A stretch of 64,000 nucleotides of DNA from Vicinamibacterales bacterium. Lineage in GTDB: Bacteria; Acidobacteriota; Vicinamibacteria; Vicinamibacterales; 2-12-FULL-66-21. Of this stretch, positions 8,005 to 17,092 are shown in pieces; positions within the stretch are counted from its first letter, which is position 1, and every line of letters begins with the position of its first letter. Location: positions 27,752 to 91,751 of the forward strand of contig DATAEE010000083.1 of assembly GCA_036258175.1 (NCBI GenBank), read 5' to 3'. The position numbers and the translations under genes were made by a program. The notes under the pieces were generated by a model that saw nothing but the letters and a program-made list of their open reading frames with translations, ran no database searches and had not been told where the DNA came from.

Positions 8005-10122
8005 ATGCGAAACAGACTGGGAGTAGCTCTCGGATTGGCGACGATGACGGCTGCGGCGTTGGTCGCCCAGACGCCGCCGCCCCAAACGCCACCGGCCACG
8101 GCGGGCCAGGGCCAGCCTGCGCCAACGTCCCCGGCGACACAAAGTCAGCCGCCGGTCACCTTCAAGGTCGAGATCAACTATGTCGAGATCGACGCGATCG
8201 TGACCGACGCCCAGGGCAACTTCGTGCGCGACCTCAAGAAAGAGGACTTCCAGGTCACCGAGGACGGCAAGGCGCAGTCGGTGGCGATCTTCTCGATGGT
8301 CGACATTCCCGTCGAGCGCGCTGTCGCGCCGCTCTACACGTCGACGCCGATCGAACCGGACGTTCAGACGAACGAGCGCGAGTTCGCGGGCCGCGTGTAC
8401 ATGATCCTGCTCGACGATCTCCACACGGCGGGCCTGCGCTCACAACTGGTCCGGCGCGCCGCGAAACAATTCATCGAGCGGTTCCTCGGCGCGAACGACA
8501 TGGCAGCCGTCGTGCATACCAGCGGCCGCGCCGATGCGTCGCAGGATTTCACGAGCAACAAGCGTCTGCTCATGGCTGCGGTCGATAAATTCATGGGCAA
8601 GAAACTGCGTTCGGCGACGCTCGAAAAGCAGGCTGAATACAACAACAGGCGTGGAACCCCGATGGAAAGCGATCCGCTGAAAGATCCGGCGGACTTCGAG
8701 CGCGGCTATCAGGCGCGCGCCATGCTGAGCACGCTGAAAAACGCCGCGGAGTTTCTGTCCGGCATCCGTGGCCGGCGCAAAGCGCTCCTCTTCCTGAGCG
8801 AGGGCATCGACTACGACATCTACGACGTCTTCGGGACGTCATCCGCGACGCAGATCCTTGACGAGACGCGAGACGCCATCGGCACCGCGACGCGTGCGAA
8901 CGTCGCGATTTATTCCATCGACCCGCGCGGTCTGACGACGATGGGCGACGAAGTGATGGAGTTGACGGCGCCGCCTCAGGATCCGTCTCTGCGGCTCAAC
9001 GCTCAAGGGCTGCAGGACGAGCTCCGGCTCTCGCAGGACAGCCTGCGCGTGTTCTCGGAGGAGACCGGCGGCTTCGCGTCGGTCAATTCGAACGACTTCG
9101 CCAAGGCGTTCGACCGTGTCGTCCGGGACAACAGCTCGTACTACGTGCTGGGTTATTACTCGACGAACGAACGGCGCGACGGCCGCTTCCGCAAGGTCAG
9201 CGTGCGCCTGAATCGTCCCGGCCTCGAAGTCCGCGCGCGAAAAGGGTATGTAGCCCCGAGAGGCCGTGCCAATACACCGCCACCGCCAAAGGAGGGGTCC
9301 GCGGCATTGCGCGAAGCGATCAACAGCCCGATTCCGATAGCGGGCCTCACGCTCCGCACCTTTGCCGCGCCATTCAAGGGCGTACCGCCTAAGGCGTCGG
9401 TTCTGATCGCAGTCGAAATCGACGGCGCCGATCTGAAGTTCGTCGAAAAGGGCGGAGTCTTCCAGAATCAACTCGAAGTCACTGCGCTCGCATACGACGA
9501 GAAAGGGAAGCTCGCCGACTCGAAGCCCATGACTCTGAAACTCGACCTGCGTCCCCAGACACGCGACGCGGTCGAGAAGAATGGATTCCGCCTCACGACA
9601 CGGCTGCAGCTGGCGCCGGGACGCTATCAGCTACGCATCGGCGGCCGTGAAGCCAACGGCGGGCTTGTGGGCAGCGTCCTGAATGACCTCGAAGTGCCCG
9701 ACTACTGGAAGGTGCCGTTTGCGATGAGCGGCCTGGCGCTCACGTCAGCATCCGCCGCGCGAACGCCGACGGCGGCGCCGGATCCCGAACTCAAGGATCT
9801 GCTTCCGGGTCCACCCATCGCGGTCCGTGAGTTCCCGACCGGCGATCGGCTCGTCCTCTATACCGAGGTCTACGACGGCGAGGCAGCCAAGCCGCACGGC
9901 GTCGATATCACGACGACGCTGACGGCTGACGAGGGACGCGTGCTGTTCACGACGTCCGAGGAACGCAAGTCGACCGAGCTCGAAGGACCGCGCGGCGGGT
10001 ACGGCTACCGCGCCGAGGTGCCCCTCGCGAACGTGGCGCCCGGCCTGTACGTGTTGCAGGTCGAAGCGCGTTCGCGGCTCGGCCCCGTCGCGGCACGACA
10101 AGTGCTTCTCAAGGTGCGATGA
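8005..10122 (+). CDS. VWA-domain protein with the VWFA-related Acidobacterial N-terminal domain
   Basis: Signal peptide, then a Pro/Gln-rich linker, then FKVEINYVEIDAIVTDAQGNFVRDLKKEDFQVTEDGK, which is the signature of the acidobacterial VWFA-related family. Confidence 0.8.
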   Translation: MRNRLGVALGLATMTAAALVAQTPPPQTPPATAGQGQPAPTSPATQSQPPVTFKVEINYVEIDAIVTDAQGNFVRDLKKEDFQVTEDGKAQSVAIFSMVDIPVERAVAPLYTSTPIEPDVQTNEREFAGRVYMILLDDLHTAGLRSQLVRRAAKQFIERFLGANDMAAVVHTSGRADASQDFTSNKRLLMAAVDKFMGKKLRSATLEKQAEYNNRRGTPMESDPLKDPADFERGYQARAMLSTLKNAAEFLSGIRGRRKALLFLSEGIDYDIYDVFGTSSATQILDETRDAIGTATRANVAIYSIDPRGLTTMGDEVMELTAPPQDPSLRLNAQGLQDELRLSQDSLRVFSEETGGFASVNSNDFAKAFDRVVRDNSSYYVLGYYSTNERRDGRFRKVSVRLNRPGLEVRARKGYVAPRGRANTPPPPKEGSAALREAINSPIPIAGLTLRTFAAPFKGVPPKASVLIAVEIDGADLKFVEKGGVFQNQLEVTALAYDEKGKLADSKPMTLKLDLRPQTRDAVEKNGFRLTTRLQLAPGRYQLRIGGREANGGLVGSVLNDLEVPDYWKVPFAMSGLALTSASAARTPTAAPDPELKDLLPGPPIAVREFPTGDRLVLYTEVYDGEAAKPHGVDITTTLTADEGRVLFTTSEERKSTELEGPRGGYGYRAEVPLANVAPGLYVLQVEARSRLGPVAARQVLLKVR

Positions 10123-10553
10123 GCACCACGGACGCCACGAATTCCGCGAACCTTGCGGATTTTGTGGAACGCACTTCCACCGGCCTCGCTCCGAACGTGC
10201 TCGCGGCGCTGGCGTATCTGGCGTGGTGGGTCACCGGATTCGCGGTTCTCGCGCTCGAGCGCGAGAACCGCTACGTCCGCTTCCACGCGTGGCAGTCGAT
10301 CCTCGGCCTGGGCGCCATCTGGGCGCTCGGGGTCGCCTTTTACGTCGCGGCGTTTCTCGTGCTGTCACGTTCGGCGGCAGGGTTCACGGCGATGCTCTGG
10401 ATCGCTGCGATCATCTGGCTCGTCGGGCTGGGCGCGTGGATCGTGTGTCTGGTGAAGGCGTGGAAAGGCCAGCGCTGGATGCTGCCGGTCATCGGAACAG
10501 TTGCCGAACGCTACGCCGCTCTCGTCCCTAGTCAGCCCCGGTCTTCGTCGTAA
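10119..10553 (+). CDS. DUF4870-like small membrane protein
   Basis: LALERENRYVRFHAWQS motif followed by hydrophobic helices. ATGA overlap with the upstream VWA gene. Confidence 0.65.
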   Translation: MSTTDATNSANLADFVERTSTGLAPNVLAALAYLAWWVTGFAVLALERENRYVRFHAWQSILGLGAIWALGVAFYVAAFLVLSRSAAGFTAMLWIAAIIWLVGLGAWIVCLVKAWKGQRWMLPVIGTVAERYAALVPSQPRSSS

Positions 10554-10998
10554 AGTCAGAAGCCTTCAGGGTCTTCGCCTTGCACTGACCGTTGGCGTGC
10601 GTGAACTTGTACGTGTTCTGGAAGAAGGCCGGGTTCTTCGGCACGCGCAGCTGGAATTCGATCACCTCGCCGGGCATGAACGGTTTTCGCCACCGCTCCG
10701 TGGCGCCGGGGAGCATGTTTCCCTTCTTGTCGTACCAGTACTCGTCGACGCGCAGCAGATGGATCGCACCGAGGGACAGGTTCTTGACCTTGATCTTGGT
10801 GACGACTTCGTTGCCCACGACTTTCGTGTCCGGCTTGAGGATGCCGATCTCCGCGACACCCTTGACCGGCGGAACGTACTTGGCCTTCGCGGGTGGGGCG
10901 CCGGAGGAAGTTGCTGGCGGGGCCTGCGCGGCGGCGACCGGGACGACCACGACGAAGGCAGCGAGAGCAAGCGCCGAACGGGAACGTGCCATTGGCAT
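10528..10998 (-). CDS. Secreted hypothetical protein
   Basis: Signal peptide MPMARSRSALALAAFVVVVPVAAAQA with a beta-rich mature part. No family recognised. Its 3' end overlaps the convergent gene by 26 nt. Confidence 0.55.
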   Translation of the reverse strand: MPMARSRSALALAAFVVVVPVAAAQAPPATSSGAPPAKAKYVPPVKGVAEIGILKPDTKVVGNEVVTKIKVKNLSLGAIHLLRVDEYWYDKKGNMLPGATERWRKPFMPGEVIEFQLRVPKNPAFFQNTYKFTHANGQCKAKTLKASDFTTKTGAD

Positions 10999-11042
10999 CC
11001 TCCCCTGAAAGGCCGCAGCGAAACGCGCGAATTATAGACCCG

Positions 11043-11501
11043 TTACATCTCCCCGTTCCACTCCTCGGCGTCCGGGTTCGCCGAGCGGAACACTTCGAGG
11101 TGCCACTTGCCGCCACCCCAGGGCTCGATGACCTCAGCCGCGACGACGTCGACGAGGATCTCCGCGAACGTCCGGCCTTCGGGGTCCCCCTCGAGGTGGT
11201 AGGCGGCATCCTCCCAGGCAAATGTCGGGTACAGCACTATCGTCAGGAACAGGTCGTACCCGTCGTCGACAACGATGAGTTGGCCGCAGGGTCGCTTAAT
11301 CGTCGAGTGATAGATCAGGTACTTCTCGGCGCTATGCGCACGGATGTACCGCTTCAGCGCGAATTCGCGCGCGACGATCTCTTCGACTGCGATCTTCTTG
11401 TCCCAACAGTCACGGCAGTACTTCTCCTCGCCGCGCGGCTCGGAGACCTCCTTGGCGCCGCAGAGGGCGCACCGCGATTGGGCGACTGACTTCCGGGGCA
11501 T
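11043..11501 (-). CDS. Hypothetical protein with an N-terminal CxxC...CxxC zinc ribbon
   Basis: ORF 11043..11912 trimmed to the ATG at 11501, 14 nt after the glgP stop. The sequence CALCGAKE...YCRDCW is present. No family recognised. Confidence 0.55.
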   Translation of the reverse strand: MPRKSVAQSRCALCGAKEVSEPRGEEKYCRDCWDKKIAVEEIVAREFALKRYIRAHSAEKYLIYHSTIKRPCGQLIVVDDGYDLFLTIVLYPTFAWEDAAYHLEGDPEGRTFAEILVDVVAAEVIEPWGGGKWHLEVFRSANPDAEEWNGEM

Positions 11502-11515
11502 TCTGGAATTGTAGA

Positions 11516-13666
11516 TCAGCTGCGCTGGTTCACGGTTTCGCGCGCCGCCGGCGCATACATCTGCTCGGCGTATTCCTTCACCATCCGGCGGGCGCTGAAC
11601 CGTGGCGCCACGGTTCGGATCGCCTCTTTGACGACGGCGAGCCAGCGGCGCGGGATGTCCTGGCCGTCCCGATCGTAGAACGTCGGCACGACCTGATCTT
11701 CGAGAATCCTGTAGAGCGCCTGCGCGTCTGCAGCATCCGGATCGCCGGGCGCGGGATCGCCGGCGATGAGCCAGCCGTTCGTGCCAGTGTAGGCCTCGGC
11801 CCACCAGCCATCGCCGATGCTCAGGTGCGGCACGCCGTTCAGCGACGCCTTCATGCCGCTCGTGCCGCTGGCTTCGAGCGGCTTGCGCGGAGTGTTGAGC
11901 CAGACGTCGCACCCCTGCACGAGGAAGTGCGCCACATGCAAGTCGTAGTCTTCGACGAACGCGATCCGCCCGCCGAAGGCCGGATCGATCGAGCGCCGGA
12001 AGACGCGCTGAAGATGATGTTTGCCGAGATCGTCGGCAGGATGAGCCTTGCCAGCGAAGATCAGCTGCACGGGACGCCGCGGCTGATTGAGGATTCGCGC
12101 CAGCCGCTCGCTGTCGTGGAACACGAGCTCTGGGCGCTTATAGCCCGTGAAACGCCGCGCGAACCCGATGGTCAGCGCCGCCGGGTCGAGGAGCGTGCCG
12201 GCGGCGACGACGCGTGCGGCTTCTACCTGGTCGCGGGCCCAGCGCTGGCGGGCGCGTTCGCGGATGAACGCGAACAGGAAGGTCCGCAGCGCCTGGCGGG
12301 CGGCCCAGAGGTCTTCGTCTGGAATGGACTGCACGGCGTCCCAGAGCGAGGGATCGTCGTGGCGGTCGCGCCAGTCGGCGCCAATAAACCGCTCGAACAC
12401 CTTCGACATCTCAGACGAGACCCAGGTGTGAATGTGCACGCCATTCGTGAGGGCCCGTACCGGCCGCTCCGTATGCGGAACGTCCAGCCAGATCGGCGCC
12501 CACATCTCAGCTGTGACGTCACGGTGCACACGGCTTACCGCGTTGGTTGCCCCTGCGGCTCGAATCGCGAGGGCGGTCATGTTGAACATCGCACCGCCGC
12601 CGTTGTCGTAGTTGCCGAGCGCGAGGAACTTGTCCCGATGAGCGCCGAGCGTGCCCCACGCGCCGGCGAGATGCTTCTCGACGAGCTGAAACGGAAACGC
12701 ATCGTGTCCGGCGGCCACAGGAGTGTGCGTGGTGAATACGGTCGTGCGGCGCACCTCCTCGAGCGCGCGCTCGAACGAGTCTCCCGCTTCGAGGCGCTCG
12801 CGGATCCGCTGCAGGACGACGAATGCCGCGTGTCCTTCGTTCAGATGCCAGACGCAAGGATCCAAGCCCAACGCCCGCAGCGCGCGAACGCCGCCGATGC
12901 CGAGAACGATCTCTTGCTGGATCCGGGTTTCGCGGTCGCCGCCATACAACCGCGCGGAGAGCTCGCGATCCCACGGCGCGTTTTCTTCCAGATCCGTGTC
13001 GAGGAGATAGAGGTTCACGCGTCCGAGCCTGACGCGCCAGACGGATGCGAGCACGCTGCGGTCGCCAAGCGGAACCGCCACAACGCAGGGCTGCCCGTCG
13101 GGCGTCAGCGCTGACTCAATCGGCGCGTCGGCCCAGTTCAGCCGCTCGTAGGTCTCCTGCTGCCAGCCCTCGGCCGACAAGCGCTGGTGAAAATATCCCT
13201 GCGGATACATGAACCCGATACCCACCAGCGGCAAGCCGAGATCGCTCGCTTCTTTACAGTGATCGCCGGCCAGGACGCCGAGACCGCCAGCGTAAATTGG
13301 CAGCGACTGGTGCAGCGCGAACTCCGCGGAGAAATAGGCGATAGGCCGTCCACCTGACCCGCCGAAGCGCTGGTGCCACCACGTGTCAGCGGACGACCGC
13401 GCGCCGTCGCGCGCGCGAATGGCTGCGTCGTAAAGGGCCAGGAACGCCTCGTCGCGCGCCTTCCTTTCGAGCATTTCCGGCGCAATCTGCCGGAGCATCA
13501 GGACGGGGTTGTGCGCCGTCTGGCGCCACAGCGGGTAGTCGAGCCGACGAAAGACCTCGCGCGCCTGGAACGTCCAGCTCCACCAGAGGTCGTAGGCAAG
13601 TTCGACGAGGCGGCCGATGCGTTCCGGCACGGGAACGAATCCGGGGGAGGGCGCCGGCTGGTTCAC
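11516..13666 (-). CDS. glgP: Alpha-glucan (glycogen/maltodextrin) phosphorylase
   Basis: 716 aa with a GTG start. ELAYDLWWSWT, FSAEFALHQSLPIYAGGLGVLAGDH and the PLP-lysine context EASGTSGMKASLNG are present. Confidence 0.9.
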   Translation of the reverse strand: MNQPAPSPGFVPVPERIGRLVELAYDLWWSWTFQAREVFRRLDYPLWRQTAHNPVLMLRQIAPEMLERKARDEAFLALYDAAIRARDGARSSADTWWHQRFGGSGGRPIAYFSAEFALHQSLPIYAGGLGVLAGDHCKEASDLGLPLVGIGFMYPQGYFHQRLSAEGWQQETYERLNWADAPIESALTPDGQPCVVAVPLGDRSVLASVWRVRLGRVNLYLLDTDLEENAPWDRELSARLYGGDRETRIQQEIVLGIGGVRALRALGLDPCVWHLNEGHAAFVVLQRIRERLEAGDSFERALEEVRRTTVFTTHTPVAAGHDAFPFQLVEKHLAGAWGTLGAHRDKFLALGNYDNGGGAMFNMTALAIRAAGATNAVSRVHRDVTAEMWAPIWLDVPHTERPVRALTNGVHIHTWVSSEMSKVFERFIGADWRDRHDDPSLWDAVQSIPDEDLWAARQALRTFLFAFIRERARQRWARDQVEAARVVAAGTLLDPAALTIGFARRFTGYKRPELVFHDSERLARILNQPRRPVQLIFAGKAHPADDLGKHHLQRVFRRSIDPAFGGRIAFVEDYDLHVAHFLVQGCDVWLNTPRKPLEASGTSGMKASLNGVPHLSIGDGWWAEAYTGTNGWLIAGDPAPGDPDAADAQALYRILEDQVVPTFYDRDGQDIPRRWLAVVKEAIRTVAPRFSARRMVKEYAEQMYAPAARETVNQRS

Positions 13667-14655
13667 GACCTGGCGGCCTCGACAATCTCGGCGAAACGGG
13701 ACAGATCAATGTTCCCGCCGGAAACGACCGCCACGATTTTCGGTGGGGTCCCGCCCGCCGTTCGCGCGCGCTCAGCAACCTTCACGGCGGCGGCGACCGC
13801 GCACGCCGCGGCCCCTTCCGCGACGACGCGGGCGCGCTCGGCGACGAGGCGCATGGCGCGTCCTGCTTCGTCGAGCGTGACGACGATCGATCCGTCGACC
13901 CACTCAGACAGAAGCGGCCACATCGATGCGAGTACCGATCGTCCGCCGGCGCCATCTACGAACGACGGCTGCCAGTCCGGAAAGTATCCCGGTTTTCCCG
14001 CTGCGAGCGACGTCGAGAGCGGCGCCGCCGTCTCCGGCTCCGCCGCGAACACTTTGGCGCCCGGCCGGCGCGCGCGCATGACGCACGCGATGCCCGCAAG
14101 CAGCCCCCCGCCGCCGAGCGGCGCGATGACCGTGTCCACGTCCGGCAGATCCTCCAGAATCTCGAGACCGATTGTCCCGTTCCCGCTGATGAACGCATCG
14201 TCGTCGAACGGATGCACGAACGTGCCGCGCATTCGGCCCGAACGGTGCTCTTCGACCGTGCGCCAGCATTCGTCGTAGGTCGCCTTGACGATCTCCGCTC
14301 CGAGCCGTTCGATCGCACGGAGCTTGGTCTGCGGCGCCGTGTCCATCACCATGACCGAGCAGGCCGCACCCGCCGCCCGCGCCGCGAGCGCGACACCCTG
14401 CGCGGCGTTGCCCGCGCTGACGGTCCAGACGCCTGCGCGCAGCGCGGGCGCCGGCAGCTGCCGCACGGCGTTGTACGCGCCGCGAATCTTGAACGAGCCG
14501 ATCGGCTGAAGCGTCTCGAGTTTGAGATAGAGCTCGCCGGGGCCGGCGTCGATGCGAATCAGCGGGGTCCTGACGGCGACGCGGTAAATGTGCTCGGCCG
14601 CGTCGCGGACCGTTTCGAGGGAGATTTGCCGGGTCACGAGCACGAGGGCTCTCAT
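13663..14655 (-). CDS. PLP-dependent threonine/serine dehydratase-family enzyme
   Basis: ORF trimmed to the ATG at 14655. LKLETLQPIGSFKIRGAYN carries the PLP lysine, and a GGGGL glycine loop is present. GTGA overlap with the glgP start. Confidence 0.8.
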   Translation of the reverse strand: MRALVLVTRQISLETVRDAAEHIYRVAVRTPLIRIDAGPGELYLKLETLQPIGSFKIRGAYNAVRQLPAPALRAGVWTVSAGNAAQGVALAARAAGAACSVMVMDTAPQTKLRAIERLGAEIVKATYDECWRTVEEHRSGRMRGTFVHPFDDDAFISGNGTIGLEILEDLPDVDTVIAPLGGGGLLAGIACVMRARRPGAKVFAAEPETAAPLSTSLAAGKPGYFPDWQPSFVDGAGGRSVLASMWPLLSEWVDGSIVVTLDEAGRAMRLVAERARVVAEGAAACAVAAAVKVAERARTAGGTPPKIVAVVSGGNIDLSRFAEIVEAARS

Positions 14656-14696
14656 TATAGAATCAATCCGCACTCGGCAACGCAGGAGCTTTCCAT

Positions 14697-15839
14697 ATGA
14701 AACGCCGTGAGTTCGTTCGAGCAGGCGCCGCCGCCGGCCTCGCCGCGGCCGCGCCGCGCATGCTTTCCGGTCAGACGCCACCGAGGGAAAAGCCTGCTGC
14801 CCCCACGATGCTGACGCCGCGCAGCGTCAAGCCGGTCGTCATCGCCTCGTCGAACGGCCACCGCTATAAGAACGGCGGCAACCAGACGACGGTCGAACTC
14901 GCCTTCACTCAGATGCTCAAAGGCGGCGATCTGCTGGATGCACTGATCGCCGGCGTGAACATCTGCGAGCTCGATCCGGAAGACACGAGCGTGGGCTACG
15001 GCGGCCTGCCGAACGCCGAGGGCATCGTCCAGCTCGATGCGTCGGTCATGCACGGGCCGAAAAAGCGCGCAGGTGCCGTCGGCGGGCTCGAAGGCGTCCG
15101 CACGCCTTCGCTCGTGGCGAAGGCGGTGATGGAGCAGACCGATCACCATCTGATCGTCGGGAAGGACGCGCAGCGGTTCGCGCGAACTCTCGGATTCAAG
15201 ATCGAGGACGATTTGAACACCGAACAATCGCGGAAGGCGTGGCTCGAATGGAAACGCCGGACCGATCCGTCCCACTACCTCGAGCCCGACAAGCGCGAGG
15301 CGTTCCGGCGGCGGGTCGAGCTCGAGATGATCGCGGAAGGATGGGTCGACGCGCACCATTTCTACGGCACGATCAATTGCGACGGCGTCAGCCCGAAAGG
15401 GGAGATCTGCGGCACGACGACGACGAGCGGGCTGGCGTGGAAGATCCCGGGACGCCTCGGCGACTCACCGATCCTCGGCGCGGGCTTGTACGTCGACGGC
15501 GCGGTCGGCGCAGCCGGTTCCACCGGCCGCGGCGAAGCGAATCTCTACGGGTGCTCGTCGTTCCTGGTCGTCGAGCAGATGCGGCGCGGAATGCATCCCA
15601 AGGACGCCGGCATGGAGGCGCTCCGCCGCATCCAGGCGAATACGGTCGAGAAACGACTCCTCAACCCCAAGGGTCAGCCGAACTTCAACGTCAACTTCTA
15701 CGCCGTCAACGCGAAAGGCGAGTACGCCGGCGTTGCGCTGTACGGCGGCGAGAAGTCCCGCTTCGCCGTGTGCACCGAGAGCGGCGGGCGACTGGATCCG
15801 ATCGAGGCGCTCCTCGAAGGAGCGGCGACAGACGAATAG
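14697..15839 (+). CDS. Exported Ntn-hydrolase of the asparaginase-2 family (glycosylasparaginase / isoaspartyl peptidase-like)
   Basis: Tat-like signal MKRREFVRAGAAAG. Motifs are HFYGTINC, the autoprocessing/nucleophile context GTTTTSGLAWKIPGRLGDSPILGAG, and GSTGRGE. Confidence 0.8.
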   Translation: MKRREFVRAGAAAGLAAAAPRMLSGQTPPREKPAAPTMLTPRSVKPVVIASSNGHRYKNGGNQTTVELAFTQMLKGGDLLDALIAGVNICELDPEDTSVGYGGLPNAEGIVQLDASVMHGPKKRAGAVGGLEGVRTPSLVAKAVMEQTDHHLIVGKDAQRFARTLGFKIEDDLNTEQSRKAWLEWKRRTDPSHYLEPDKREAFRRRVELEMIAEGWVDAHHFYGTINCDGVSPKGEICGTTTTSGLAWKIPGRLGDSPILGAGLYVDGAVGAAGSTGRGEANLYGCSSFLVVEQMRRGMHPKDAGMEALRRIQANTVEKRLLNPKGQPNFNVNFYAVNAKGEYAGVALYGGEKSRFAVCTESGGRLDPIEALLEGAATDE

Positions 15840-15840
15840 C

Positions 15841-15903
15841 CCATTGCTGATTGCTGACTGTGGAATGCTGATTGATCAATCAGCATTCAGCAATCGACAA
15901 TGG
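15841..15903. repeat. Compound palindromic element with a GAATGCTGA/TCAGCATTC core (second copy of the family)
   Basis: Perfect 26-nt palindrome gaatgctgattgatcaatcagcattc (15863-15888), flanked by imperfect arms ccattgctgattgctg and cagcaatcgacaatgg. It fills the gap between two convergent stop codons. It shares the 13-mer tcagcattcagca with 3231-3243. Confidence 0.85.
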
Positions 15904-15904
15904 G

Positions 15905-17041
15905 TTATTGCCCTCGTCCGTACTTCTTCAGTACTTCCCTGACTCGATCGATCGGAATCGCTTCAACCGTGGTTCCATTGCCCGTGACGGTCGTCGCGCG
16001 AAGGAGCGAGTTGTACACTGCTTCCTCCGTCGCCTCGAGCGCAGCCTGAAAGAGCGGCGAGAGCGCGTCGGTGGGCAGAGGCGGGCCGGTTCGCGCGGTT
16101 GAGAACGCGATCGCGAAGTCGCCGCTGCCGTTCGAGTACGACGAGCCGGTTCGTGCCAGACCGAAAAGCGCCCTTGCCGCCAGCCGCTTGAGATCCCGCG
16201 CGGTCAGCGGCGCGTCGGTTGCGACGACGATCATGCACGATCCGTCAGGGCTCGGGGCCTGGGCCTTGGGGCCTCGGGCCTCGGGATTCTGAGCCTGTGG
16301 CTCGCGAAACGCGTAGCGTCCGAGCTCCTTTCCGACCGGCGCGCCGTCGATCGTCAACACGCCTCCGTAGTTCGACTGCACCAGCACGCCGAGCGTGTGC
16401 CCCTGATATCGTGCCGGCAGGCGGCGCGAGGCAGTGCCGATGCCGCCTTTCCAGCCAAACGCCTGCGTTCCCGCGCCCGCGCCGATGCTGCCTTCGGCGA
16501 CCGGTCCGTCGGTGGCATCACGAATCGCCGCGAGCACGTGCTCGCGCCGAACGTGAAAGCCACGAATGTCATTCAGGCCGCCATCGTTGGTCTCGCCGAC
16601 GAGCGCATTCACGCTGCGGACCTCCTCATTCCCCGGTTGACCGATCGTCCACGCGACGACTGACTCGACGGCCGTACCGACACTGAGCGTGTTCGTCAGG
16701 ATGATTGGCGTTTCAATCGTTCCCAGCTCGTCCACCTGTGTCGAACCGGCGAGTTTGCCGAATGCGTTGCCGACGAAGACCGCGCCCGCGACCTTGTCAC
16801 GGAAGAGATTCCCGGCATGGGGCAGGATCGCGGTGACGCCCGTGCGCACACGGCTTGCATCGACGATGGTCGCGTGACCGACGCGGACGCCGGCAACATC
16901 CGTAATCGCGTCATGGGGGCCCGGCTCGAACACCCCTGGCCGGATTCCGAGATCCCGCGCGCGGGGCCGTTCGGCCTGGCGCGCATGAACCAGGGCTGTA
17001 CCGACCAGAAACACGCCTGCGACCCGGAAGATTGTTTTCAT
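15905..17041 (-). CDS. P1/S58-family peptidase (DmpA-like L-aminopeptidase/D-esterase)
   Basis: ORF trimmed to the ATG at 17041 (MKTIFRVAGVFLVGTALVHA signal). Motifs are ITDVAGVRVGH, TGVTAILP, GETNDG and GAGTQAFGWKGGIGT. Confidence 0.8.
   Translation of the reverse strand: MKTIFRVAGVFLVGTALVHARQAERPRARDLGIRPGVFEPGPHDAITDVAGVRVGHATIVDASRVRTGVTAILPHAGNLFRDKVAGAVFVGNAFGKLAGSTQVDELGTIETPIILTNTLSVGTAVESVVAWTIGQPGNEEVRSVNALVGETNDGGLNDIRGFHVRREHVLAAIRDATDGPVAEGSIGAGAGTQAFGWKGGIGTASRRLPARYQGHTLGVLVQSNYGGVLTIDGAPVGKELGRYAFREPQAQNPEARGPKAQAPSPDGSCMIVVATDAPLTARDLKRLAARALFGLARTGSSYSNGSGDFAIAFSTARTGPPLPTDALSPLFQAALEATEEAVYNSLLRATTVTGNGTTVEAIPIDRVREVLKKYGRGQ
16253..16292. repeat. In-CDS low-complexity GC repeat encoding EARGPKAQAPSP
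   Basis: cggggcctgggccttggggcctcgggcctcggg... The first 21 nt are 19/21 identical to 2922-2942. Confidence 0.75.
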
Positions 17042-17092
17042 AGACCGGAGATAGTAGCCTCGCCGCGCGTAGGAGAAAAAAGGAGACTCGCC

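Noticed and set aside
16817-17092. Long N-terminal extensions suggested by the track. This one belongs to the S9 peptidase. Others are 6061..6444 (M24), 23003..23503 (amidohydrolase), 29920..30129 (permease), 38289..38702 (propeller), 38221..39021 (RidA), 44498..44770 (M29), 11502..11912, 14656..14781, 17042..17197 and 2038..2322.
   Set aside because: The extensions overlap neighbouring genes or promoters and lack protein-like composition. They are followed by an internal start with an RBS, a signal peptide, or a canonical family N-terminus.
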